The position numbers and the translations under genes were made by a program. Under the pieces are notes generated by a model that saw only the letters and a program-made list of their open reading frames with translations, was not told where the DNA came from and made no database searches. From Auanema rhodensis (Eukaryota > Animalia > Nematoda), in contig OZ059895.1 of assembly GCA_964057225.1 (NCBI GenBank), positions 11,470,001 to 11,534,000 of the forward strand: DNA of 64,000 bases, written 5' to 3'. Below are positions 1 through 13,116 of the stretch, piece by piece (the stretch's first letter is position 1; each line of letters begins with the position of its first letter).

Positions 1-398
1 TTTTAACTCTTCTGTAACAAATGTTTTCAATTTTCAAGCAGTTTTACTTAGATAGCTCAACCCAAGGCAGCAATTTATCTTCAATATTTTTTCTATCTTA
101 CAGTTATAAACCAATAGTTAATAAACCATCATCTTACCCTTACCGTTTCTATCTATCTCCTATCGAAACCAACTTTGTTCAAAAACTATACAACTGTGAA
201 ACCTTTTTTAATTTCTTGTATTTGGAGCTCATAAGATTTGATATCATTGAGGGATCCAGATAGAACGTGGAAAATTACATAACTACCATGAAATTGGGAA
301 AAAATTATAACGAGGATAAGTATGTAAATCATTGAATATCAGATATTTTCGCTTACGACCATACCACGTTGAAAGTACGCCATGCCGCTGATTTTCAA
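1..398. repeat. Representative 398-bp monomer (arbitrary phase; offsets used elsewhere refer to this copy)
   Basis: 126/398 G+C (75 C, 51 G). Contains SacI GAGCTC 225-230, TGATATCA (EcoRV) 239-246, BamHI GGATCC 252-257, AATATC-A-GATATT 335-347 and a GC-rich patch at ~350-390. Confidence 0.98.
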
Positions 399-3300
399 TT
401 TTAACTCTTCTGTAACGAATGTTTTCAATTTTCAAGCAGTTTTACTTAGAAAGCTTAACCCAAGGCAGCAAATTATCTTCAATATTATTTCTATCTTACA
501 GTTATAAACAAATAGTTAATGAACCATCATCTTACCTTTACTGTTTCTATCTATTTCCTATCGAAAGCAACTTTGTTCAAACACTATACAACTGTGAAAC
601 CTTTTTTAATTTCTTGTATTTGGAGCTCATAAGATTTGATATCATTGAGGGATCCAGATAGAACGTGGAAAATTACATAACTACCATGAAATTGGGAAAA
701 AATTGTAACGAGGATAAGTATGTAAATCATTGAATATCAGATATTTTCGCTTACGACCATACCACGTTGAAAGTACGCCATGCCGCTGATTTTCAATTTT
801 AACTCTTCTGTAACAAATGTTTTCAATTTTCAAGCAGTTTTACTTAGATAGCTCAACCCAAGGCAGCAATTTATCTTCAATATTATTTCTATCTTACAGT
901 TATAAACCAATAGTTAATGAATCATCATCTTGCCCTTACCGTTTCTATCTCTTTCCTATCGAAACCAACTTTGTTCAAAAACTATACAACTGTGAAACCT
1001 TTTTTAATTTCTTGTATTTGGAGCTCATAAGATTTGATATCATTGAAGGATCCAGATAGAACGTGGAAAATTACATAACTATCATGAAATTGAGAACAAA
1101 TTGTAACGAGGATAAGTATGTAAATCATTGAATATCAGATATTTTCGCTTACGACCATACCACGTTAAAAGTACGCCATGCCGCTGATTTTCAATTTTAA
1201 CTCTTCTGTAACGAATGTTTTCAATTTTCAAGCAGTTTTACTTAGAAAGCTCAACCCAAGGCAGCAAATTATCTTCAATATTATTTCTATCTTACAGTTA
1301 TAAACCAGTAGTGAATGAACCATCATCTTACCCTTACCGTTTCTATCTATTTCCTATCGAAACCAACTTTGTTCAAAAACTATACAACTGTGAAACCTTT
1401 TTTAATTTCTTGTATTTGGAGCTCATAAGATTTGATATCATTGAGGGATCCAGATAGAACGTGGAAAATTACATAACTACCATGAAATTGGGAAAAAATT
1501 GTAACGAGGATAAGTATGTAAATCATTGAATATCAGATATTTTCGCTTAGGACCATACCACGTTGAAAGTACGCCATGCCGCTGATTTTCAATTTTAACT
1601 CTTTTGTAACAAATGTTTTCAATTTTTAAGCAGTTTTACTTAGATAGCTCAACCCAAGGCAGCAAATTATCTTCAATATTATTTCTATCTTACAGTTATA
1701 AACCAGTAGTGAATGAACCATCATCTTACCCGTACCGTTTCTATCTATTTCCTATCGAAAGCAACTTTGTTCAAAAACTATACAACTGTGAAACATTTTT
1801 TAATTTCTTGTATTTGAAGCTCATAAGCTTTGATATCATTGAGGAATCCAGATAGAACGTGGAAAATTACGTAACTTACATAAAATTGGAAGAAACTATA
1901 ACGAGGATAAGTATGTGAAACATTGAATATCAGATATTTTCGCTTAGGACCATACCACGTTGAAAGTACGCCATGCCGCTGATTTTCAATTTTAACTCTT
2001 TTGTAACAAATGTTTTCAATTTTTAAGCAGTTTTACTTAGATAGCTCAACCCAAGGCAGCAAATTATCTTCAATATTATTTCTATCTTACAGTTATAAAC
2101 CAATAGTGAATGAACCATCATCTTACCCTTACCGTTTCTATCTATTTCCTATCGAAACCAACTTTGTTCAAAAACTATACAACTGTGAAACCTTTTTTAA
2201 TTTCTTGTATTTGGAGCTCATAAGATTTGATATCATTGAGAGATCCAGATAGAACGTGGAAAATTACGTAACTAACATGAAATTGGGAAAAAATTATAAC
2301 GAGGATAAGTATGTAAATCATTGAATATCAGATATTTTCGCTTACGACCATACCACGTTAAAAGTACGCCATGCCGCTGATTTTCAATTTTAACTCTTCT
2401 GTAACAAATGTTTTCAATTTTCAAGCAGTTTTACTTAGATAGCTCAACCCAAGGCAGCAATTTATCTTCAATATTATTTCTATCTTACAGTTATAAACCA
2501 ATAGTTAATGAATCATCATCTTACCCTTACCGTTTCTATCTATTTCCTATCAAAACCAACTTTGTTCAAAAACTATACAACTGTGAAACCTTTTTTAATT
2601 TCTTGTATTTGGAGCTCATAAGATTTGATATCATTGAGGGATCCAGATAGAACGTGGAAAATTACGTAACTAACATGAAATTGGGAAAAAATTATAACGA
2701 GGATAAGTATGTAAATCATTGAATATCAGATATTTTCGCTTACGACCATACCACGTTAAAAGTACGCCATGCCGCTGATTTTCAATTTTAACTCTTCTGT
2801 AACAAATGTTTTCAATTTTCAAGCAGTTTTACTTAGAAAGCTCAACCCAAGGCAGCAAATTATCTTCAATATTATTTCTATCTTACAGTTATAAACCAGT
2901 AGTGAATGAACCATCATCTTACCCTTACCGTTTCTATCTATTTCCTATCGAAACCAACTTTGTTCAAAAACTATACAACTGTGAAACCTTTTTTAATTTC
3001 TTGTATTTGGAGCTCATAAGATTTGATATCATTGAGGGATCCAGATAGAACGTGGAAAATTACATAACTACCATGAAACAGTTATAAACCAGTAGTGAAT
3101 GAACCATCATCTTACCCTTACCGTTTCTATCTATTTCCTATCAAAAGAAACATTGTTTAAACACTATACAACTGTGAAACCTTTTTTAATTTCTTGTATT
3201 TGGAGATCATAAGATTTGATATCATTGAGGGATCCAGATAGAACGTGGAAAATTACGTAACTAACATGAAATTGGAAAAAATTATAACGAGGATAAGTAT

Positions 3301-5482
3301 GTAAATCATTGAATATCAGATATTTTCGCTTAGGACCATACCACGTTAAAAGTACGGCATGCGGCTGATTTTCAATTTTAACTCTTCTGTAACAAATGTT
3401 TTCAATTTTCAAGCAGTTTTACTTAGATAGCTCAACCCAAGGCAGCAATTTATCTTCAATATTTTTTCTATCTTACAGTTATAAACCAATAGTTAATAAA
3501 CCATCATCTTACCCTTACCGTTTCTATCTATCTCCTATCGAAACCAACTTTGTTCAAAAACTATACAACTGTGAAACCTTTTTTAATTTCTTGTATTTGG
3601 AGCTCATAAGATTTGATATCATTGAGGGATCCAGATAGAACGTGGAAAATTACATAACTACCATGAAATTGGGAAAAAATTATAACGAGGATAAGTATGT
3701 AAATCATTGAATATCAGATATTTTCGCTTACGACCATACCACGTTGAAAGTACGCCATGCCGCTGATTTTCAATTTTAACTCTTCTGTAACGAATGTTTT
3801 CAATTTTCAAGCAGTTTTACTTAGAAAGCTTAACCCAAGGCAGCAAATTATCTTCAATATTATTTCTATCTTACAGTTATAAACAAATAGTTAATGAACC
3901 ATCATCTTACCTTTACTGTTTCTATCTATTTCCTATCGAAAGCAACTTTGTTCAAACACTATACAACTGTGAAACCTTTTTTAATTTCTTGTATTTGGAG
4001 CTCATAAGATTTGATATCATTGAGGGATCCAGATAGAACGTGGAAAATTACATAACTACCATGAAATTGGGAAAAAATTGTAACGAGGATAAGTATGTAA
4101 ATCATTGAATATCAGATATTTTCGCTTACGACCATACCACGTTGAAAGTACGCCATGCCGCTGATTTTCAATTTTAACTCTTCTGTAACAAATGTTTTCA
4201 ATTTTCAAGCAGTTTTACTTAGATAGCTCAACCCAAGGCAGCAATTTATCTTCAATATTATTTCTATCTTACAGTTATAAACCAATAGTTAATGAATCAT
4301 CATCTTGCCCTTACCGTTTCTATCTCTTTCCTATCGAAACCAACTTTGTTCAAAAACTATACAACTGTGAAACCTTTTTTAATTTCTTGTATTTGGAGCT
4401 CATAAGATTTGATATCATTGAAGGATCCAGATAGAACGTGGAAAATTACATAACTATCATGAAATTGAGAACAAATTGTAACGAGGATAAGTATGTAAAT
4501 CATTGAATATCAGATATTTTCGCTTACGACCATACCACGTTAAAAGTACGCCATGCCGCTGATTTTCAATTTTAACTCTTCTGTAACGAATGTTTTCAAT
4601 TTTCAAGCAGTTTTACTTAGAAAGCTCAACCCAAGGCAGCAAATTATCTTCAATATTATTTCTATCTTACAGTTATAAACCAGTAGTGAATGAACCATCA
4701 TCTTACCCTTACCGTTTCTATCTATTTCCTATCGAAACCAACTTTGTTCAAAAACTATACAACTGTGAAACCTTTTTTAATTTCTTGTATTTGGAGCTCA
4801 TAAGATTTGATATCATTGAGGGATCCAGATAGAACGTGGAAAATTACATAACTACCATGAAATTGGGAAAAAATTGTAACGAGGATAAGTATGTAAATCA
4901 TTGAATATCAGATATTTTCGCTTAGGACCATACCACGTTGAAAGTACGCCATGCCGCTGATTTTCAATTTTAACTCTTTTGTAACAAATGTTTTCAATTT
5001 TTAAGCAGTTTTACTTAGATAGCTCAACCCAAGGCAGCAAATTATCTTCAATATTATTTCTATCTTACAGTTATAAACCAGTAGTGAATGAACCATCATC
5101 TTACCCGTACCGTTTCTATCTATTTCCTATCGAAAGCAACTTTGTTCAAAAACTATACAACTGTGAAACATTTTTTAATTTCTTGTATTTGAAGCTCATA
5201 AGCTTTGATATCATTGAGGAATCCAGATAGAACGTGGAAAATTACGTAACTTACATAAAATTGGAAGAAACTATAACGAGGATAAGTATGTGAAACATTG
5301 AATATCAGATATTTTCGCTTAGGACCATACCACGTTGAAAGTACGCCATGCCGCTGATTTTCAATTTTAACTCTTTTGTAACAAATGTTTTCAATTTTTA
5401 AGCAGTTTTACTTAGATAGCTCAACCCAAGGCAGCAAATTATCTTCAATATTATTTCTATCTTACAGTTATAAACCAATAGT
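1..5482. repeat. Higher-order duplication, 3375-bp offset (1-~2107 matches 3376-~5482)
   Basis: Monomer variants at 21/419/817/1215/1613 recur in the same order at 3396/3794/4192/4590/4988, with identical ORF translations and shared private SNPs. Confidence 0.92.
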
Positions 5483-8400
5483 TAATGAATCATCATCTTG
5501 CCCTTACCGTTTCTATCTCTTTCCTATCGAAACCAACTTTGTTCAAAAACTATACAACTGTGAAACCTTTTTTAATTTCTTGTATTTGGAGCTCATAAGA
5601 TTTGATATCATTGAAGGATCCAGATAGAACGTGGAAAATTACATAACTATCATGAAATTGAGAACAAATTGTAACGAGGATAAGTATGTAAATCATTGAA
5701 TATCAGATATTTTCGCTTACGACCATACCACGTTAAAAGTACGCCATGCCGCTGATTTTCAATTTTAACTCTTCTGTAACGAATGTTTTCAATTTTCAAG
5801 CAGTTTTACTTAGAAAGCTCAACCCAAGGCAGCAAATTATCTTCAATATTATTTCTATCTTACAGTTATAAACCAGTAGTGAATGAACCATCATCTTACC
5901 TTCACTGTTTCTATCAATTTCGTATCAAAAGAAACATTGTTTAAACACTATACAACTGTGAAACCTTTTTTAATTTCTTGTATTTGAAGCTCATAAGATT
6001 TGATATCATTGAGGGATCCAGATAGAACGTGGAAAATTACATAACTACCATGAAATTGGGAAAAAATTGTAACGAGGATAAGTATGTAAATCATTGAATA
6101 TCAGATATTTTTGCTTAGGAGCATACCACGTTGAAAGTACGCCATGCCGCTGATTTTCAATTTTAACTCTTTTGTAACAAATGTTTTCAATTTTCAAGCA
6201 GTTTTACTCAGATAGCTTAACCCAAGGCAGCAAATTATCTTCAATATTATTTCTATCTTACAGTTATAAACCAATAGTTAATGAACCATCATCTTACCTT
6301 TACTGTTTCTATCTATTTCCTATCGAAACCAACTTTGTTCAAAAACTATACAACTGTGAAACTTTTTTTAATTTCTTGTATTTGGAGCTCATAAGATTTG
6401 ATATCATTGAGGGATCCAGATAGAACGTGGAAAATTACATAACTACCATGAAATTGGGAAAAAATTGTAACGAGGATAAGTATGTAAATCATTGAATATC
6501 AGATATTTTCGCTTAGGACCATACCACGTTGAAAGTACGCCATGCCGCTGATTTTCAATTTTAACTCTTTTGTAACAAATGTTTTCATTTTTCAAGCAGT
6601 TTTACTCAGATAGCTTAACCCAAGGCAGCAAATTATCTTCAATATTATTTCTATCTTACAGTTATAAACCAATAGTTAATGAACCATCATCTTACCTTTA
6701 CTGTTTCTATCTATTTCCTATCGAAACCAACTTTGTTCAAAAACTATACAACTGTGAAACCTTTTTTAATTTATTGTATTTGGAGCTCATAAGATTTGAT
6801 ATCATTGAGGGATCCAGATAGAACGTGGAAAATTACATAACTACCATGAAATTGGGAAAAAATTATAACGAGGATAAGTATGTAAATCATTGAATATCAG
6901 ATATTTTCGCTTACGACCATACCACGTTGAAAGTACGCCATGCCGCTGATTTTCAATTTTAACTCTTCTGTAACAAATGTTTTCAATTTTCAAGCAGTTT
7001 TACTTAGATAGCTCAACCCAAGGCAGCAATTTATCTTCAATATTATTTCTATCTTACAGTTATAAACCAATAGTTTATGAATCATCATCTTACCCTTACC
7101 GTTTCTATCTATTTCCTATCGAAACCAACTTTGTTCAAAAACTATACAACTGTGAAACCTTTTTTAATTTCTTGTATTTGGAGCTCATAAGATTTGATAT
7201 CATTGAGGGATCCAGATAGAACGTGGAAAATTACATAACTACCATGAAACAGTTATAAACCAGTAGTGAATGAACCATCATCTTACCCTTACCGTTTCTA
7301 TCTATTTCCTATCAAAAGAAACATTGTTTAAACACTATACAACTGTGAAACCTTTTTTAATTTCTTGTATTTGGAGATCATAAGATTTGATATCATTGAG
7401 GGATCCAGATAGAACGTGGAAAATTACGTAACTAACATGAAATTGGAAAAAATTATAACGAGGATAAGTATGTAAATCATTGAATATCAGATATTTTCGC
7501 TTAGGACCATACCACGTTAAAAGTACGGCATGCGGCTGATTTTCAATTTTAACTCTTCTGTAACAAATGTTTTCAATTTTCAAGCAGTTTTACTTAGATA
7601 GCTCAACCCAAGGCAGCAATTTATCTTCAATATTTTTTCTATCTTACAGTTATAAACCAATAGTTAATAAACCATCATCTTACCCTTACCGTTTCTATCT
7701 ATCTCCTATCGAAACCAACTTTGTTCAAAAACTATACAACTGTGAAACCTTTTTTAATTTCTTGTATTTGGAGCTCATAAGATTTGATATCATTGAGGGA
7801 TCCAGATAGAACGTGGAAAATTACATAACTACCATGAAATTGGGAAAAAATTATAACGAGGATAAGTATGTAAATCATTGAATATCAGATATTTTCGCTT
7901 ACGACCATACCACGTTGAAAGTACGCCATGCCGCTGATTTTCAATTTTAACTCTTCTGTAACGAATGTTTTCAATTTTCAAGCAGTTTTACTTAGAAAGC
8001 TTAACCCAAGGCAGCAAATTATCTTCAATATTATTTCTATCTTACAGTTATAAACAAATAGTTAATGAACCATCATCTTACCTTTACTGTTTCTATCTAT
8101 TTCCTATCGAAAGCAACTTTGTTCAAACACTATACAACTGTGAAACCTTTTTTAATTTCTTGTATTTGGAGCTCATAAGATTTGATATCATTGAGGGATC
8201 CAGATAGAACGTGGAAAATTACATAACTACCATGAAATTGGGAAAAAATTGTAACGAGGATAAGTATGTAAATCATTGAATATCAGATATTTTCGCTTAC
8301 GACCATACCACGTTGAAAGTACGCCATGCCGCTGATTTTCAATTTTAACTCTTCTGTAACAAATGTTTTCAATTTTCAAGCAGTTTTACTTAGATAGCTC

Positions 8401-11290
8401 AACCCAAGGCAGCAATTTATCTTCAATATTATTTCTATCTTACAGTTATAAACCAATAGTTAATGAATCATCATCTTGCCCTTACCGTTTCTATCTCTTT
8501 CCTATCGAAACCAACTTTGTTCAAAAACTATACAACTGTGAAACCTTTTTTAATTTCTTGTATTTGGAGCTCATAAGATTTGATATCATTGAAGGATCCA
8601 GATAGAACGTGGAAAATTACATAACTATCATGAAATTGAGAACAAATTGTAACGAGGATAAGTATGTAAATCATTGAATATCAGATATTTTCGCTTACGA
8701 CCATACCACGTTAAAAGTACGCCATGCCGCTGATTTTCAATTTTAACTCTTCTGTAACGAATGTTTTCAATTTTCAAGCAGTTTTACTTAGAAAGCTCAA
8801 CCCAAGGCAGCAAATTATCTTCAATATTATTTCTATCTTACAGTTATAAACCAGTAGTGAATGAACCATCATCTTACCCTTACCGTTTCTATCTATTTCC
8901 TATCGAAACCAACTTTGTTCAAAAACTATACAACTGTGAAACCTTTTTTAATTTCTTGTATTTGGAGCTCATAAGATTTGATATCATTGAGGGATCCAGA
9001 TAGAACGTGGAAAATTACATAACTACCATGAAATTGGGAAAAAATTGTAACGAGGATAAGTATGTAAATCATTGAATATCAGATATTTTCGCTTAGGACC
9101 ATACCACGTTGAAAGTACGCCATGCCGCTGATTTTCAATTTTAACTCTTTTGTAACAAATGTTTTCAATTTTTAAGCAGTTTTACTTAGATAGCTCAACC
9201 CAAGGCAGCAAATTATCTTCAATATTATTTCTATCTTACAGTTATAAACCAGTAGTGAATGAACCATCATCTTACCCGTACCGTTTCTATCTATTTCCTA
9301 TCGAAAGCAACTTTGTTCAAAAACTATACAACTGTGAAACATTTTTTAATTTCTTGTATTTGAAGCTCATAAGCTTTGATATCATTGAGGAATCCAGATA
9401 GAACGTGGAAAATTACGTAACTTACATAAAATTGGAAGAAACTATAACGAGGATAAGTATGTGAAACATTGAATATCAGATATTTTCGCTTAGGACCATA
9501 CCACGTTGAAAGTACGCCATGCCGCTGATTTTCAATTTTAACTCTTTTGTAACAAATGTTTTCAATTTTTAAGCAGTTTTACTTAGATAGCTCAACCCAA
9601 GGCAGCAAATTATCTTCAATATTATTTCTATCTTACAGTTATAAACCAATAGTTAATGAATCATCATCTTGCCCTTACCGTTTCTATCTCTTTCCTATCG
9701 AAACCAACTTTGTTCAAAAACTATACAACTGTGAAACCTTTTTTAATTTCTTGTATTTGGAGCTCATAAGATTTGATATCATTGAAGGATCCAGATAGAA
9801 CGTGGAAAATTACATAACTATCATGAAATTGAGAACAAATTGTAACGAGGATAAGTATGTAAATCATTGAATATCAGATATTTTCGCTTACGACCATACC
9901 ACGTTAAAAGTACGCCATGCCGCTGATTTTCAATTTTAACTCTTCTGTAACGAATGTTTTCAATTTTCAAGCAGTTTTACTTAGAAAGCTCAACCCAAGG
10001 CAGCAAATTATCTTCAATATTATTTCTATCTTACAGTTATAAACCAGTAGTGAATGAACCATCATCTTACCTTCACTGTTTCTATCAATTTCGTATCAAA
10101 AGAAACATTGTTTAAACACTATACAACTGTGAAACCTTTTTTAATTTCTTGTATTTGAAGCTCATAAGATTTGATATCATTGAGGGATCCAGATAGAACG
10201 TGGAAAATTACATAACTACCATGAAATTGGGAAAAAATTGTAACGAGGATAAGTATGTAAATCATTGAATATCAGATATTTTTGCTTAGGAGCATACCAC
10301 GTTGAAAGTACGCCATGCCGCTGATTTTCAATTTTAACTCTTTTGTAACAAATGTTTTCAATTTTCAAGCAGTTTTACTCAGATAGCTTAACCCAAGGCA
10401 GCAAATTATCTTCAATATTATTTCTATCTTACAGTTATAAACCAATAGTTAATGAACCATCATCTTACCTTTACTGTTTCTATCTATTTCCTATCGAAAC
10501 CAACTTTGTTCAAAAACTATACAACTGTGAAACTTTTTTTAATTTCTTGTATTTGGAGCTCATAAGATTTGATATCATTGAGGGATCCAGATAGAACGTG
10601 GAAAATTACATAACTACCATGAAATTGGGAAAAAATTGTAACGAGGATAAGTATGTAAATCATTGAATATCAGATATTTTCGCTTAGGACCATACCACGT
10701 TGAAAGTACGCCATGCCGCTGATTTTCAATTTTAACTCTTTTGTAACAAATGTTTTCATTTTTCAAGCAGTTTTACTCAGATAGCTTAACCCAAGGCAGC
10801 AAATTATCTTCAATATTATTTCTATCTTACAGTTATAAACCAATAGTTAATGAACCATCATCTTACCTTTACTGTTTCTATCTATTTCCTATCGAAACCA
10901 ACTTTGTTCAAAAACTATACAACTGTGAAACCTTTTTTAATTTATTGTATTTGGAGCTCATAAGATTTGATATCATTGAGGGATCCAGATAGAACGTGGA
11001 AAATTACATAACTACCATGAAATTGGGAAAAAATTATAACGAGGATAAGTATGTAAATCATTGAATATCAGATATTTTCGCTTACGACCATACCACGTTG
11101 AAAGTACGCCATGCCGCTGATTTTCAATTTTAACTCTTCTGTAACAAATGTTTTCAATTTTCAAGCAGTTTTACTTAGATAGCTCAACCCAAGGCAGCAA
11201 TTTATCTTCAATATTATTTCTATCTTACAGTTATAAACCAATAGTTTATGAATCATCATCTTACCCTTACCGTTTCTATCTATTTCCTAT
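3079..11290. repeat. Near-perfect 4171-bp tandem duplication (10 monomers + one 193-bp unit)
   Basis: The variant series at 3396…6977 is repeated at 7567…11148. Junctions at 3078/3079 and 7249/7250, and CGGCATGCGG markers at 3355 and 7526, are each 4171 apart. Confidence 0.95.
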
Positions 11291-13116
11291 TGAAACCAAC
11301 TTTGTTCAAAAACTATACAACTGTGAAACCTTTTTTAATTTATTGTATTTGGAGCTCATAAGATTTGATATCATTGAGGGATCCAGATAGAACGTGGAAA
11401 ATTACATAACTACCATGAAATTGAGAAAAAATTGTAACGAGGATAAGTATGTAAATCATTGAATATCAGATATTTTCGCTTAGGACCATACCACGTTGAA
11501 AGTACGCCATGCCGCTGATTTTCAATTTTAACTCTTTTGTAACAAATGTTTTCAATTTTTAAGCAGTTTTACTTAGATAGCTCAACCCAAGGCAGCAATT
11601 TATCTTCAATATTATTTCTATCTTACAGTTATAAACCAATAGTTAATGAATCATCATCTTACCCTTACCGTTTCTATCTATTTCCTATCGAAACCAACTT
11701 TGTTCAAAAACTATACAACTGTGAAACCTTTTTTAATTTCTTGTATTTGGAGCTCATAAGATTTGATATCATTGAGGGATCCAGATAGAACGTGGAAAAT
11801 TACATAACTACCATGAAATTGGGAAAAAATTATAACGAGGATAAGTATGTAAATCATTGAATATCAGATATTTTCGCTTACGACCATACCACGTTGAAAG
11901 TACGCCATGCCGCTGATTTTCAATTTTAACTCTTCTGTAACGAATGTTTTCAATTTTCAAGCAGTTTTACTTAGAAAGCTTAACCCAAGGCAGCAAATTA
12001 TCTTCAATATTATTTCTATCTTACAGTTATAAACCAGTAGTGAATGAACCATCATCTTACCCGTACCGTTTCTATCTATTTCCTATCGAAAGCAACTTTG
12101 TTCAAAAACTATACAACTGTGAAACATTTTTTAATTTCTTGTATTTGAAGCTCATAAGCTTTGATATCATTGAGGAATCCAGATAGAACGTGGAAAATTA
12201 CGTAACTTACATAAAATTGGAAGAAACTATAACGAGGATAAGTATGTGAAACATTGAATATCAGATATTTTCGCTTACGACCATACCACGTTAAAAGTAC
12301 GCCATGCCGCTGATTTTCAATTTTAACTCTTCTGTAACAAATGTTTTCAATTTTTAAGCAGTTTTACTCAGATAGCTCAACCCAAGGCAGCAATTTATCT
12401 TCAATATTATTTCTATCTTACAGTTATAAACCAATAGTTAATGAATCATCATCTTGCCCTTACCGTTTCTATCTATTTCCTATCGAAACCAACTTTGTTC
12501 AAAAACTATACAACTGTGAAACCTTTTTTAATTTCTTGTATTTGGAGCTCATAAGATTTGATATCATTATGGGATCCAGATAGAACGTGGAAAATTACAT
12601 AACTACCATGAAATTGGGAAAAAATTGTAACGAGGATAAGTATGTAAATCATTGAATATCAGATATTTTCGCTTACGACCATACCACGTTAAAAGTACGC
12701 CATGCCGCTGATTTTCAATTTTAACTCTTCTGTAACGAATGTTTTCAATTTTCAAGCAGTTTTACTTAGAAAGCTCAACCCAAGGCAGCAAATTATCTTC
12801 AATATTATTTCTATCTTACAGTTATAAACCAGTAGTGAATGAACCATCATCTTACCCTTACCGTTTCTATCTATTTCCTATCGAAACCAACTTTGTTCAA
12901 AAACTATACAACTGTGAAACCTTTTTTAATTTCTTGTATTTGGAGCTCATAAGATTTGATATCATTGAGGGATCCAGATAGAACGTGGAAAATTACATAA
13001 CTACCATGAAATTGGGAAAAAATTATAACGAGGATAAGTATGTAAATCATTGAATATCAGATATTTTCGCTTACGACCATACCACGTTGAAAGTACGCCA
13101 TGCCGCTGATTTTCAA

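Noticed and set aside
225-257. SacI/EcoRV/BamHI cluster as a synthetic polylinker or cloning concatemer
   Set aside because: The sites are polymorphic among copies and embedded in natural AT-rich sequence with hierarchical shared variants.
347-364. CENP-B box (TTCG at 348-351)
   Set aside because: The downstream A and CGGG positions of the TTCGNNNNANNCGGG consensus do not match.
1-398. 5S rRNA, tRNA, snRNA or spliced-leader RNA tandem gene unit
   Set aside because: I see no recognisable 5S, tRNA or snRNA sequence. (T)AACCCAAG and the minus-strand GGTAAGA only faintly resemble SL motifs, lie on opposite strands, and lack a convincing Sm site. An Rfam cmscan would settle it.
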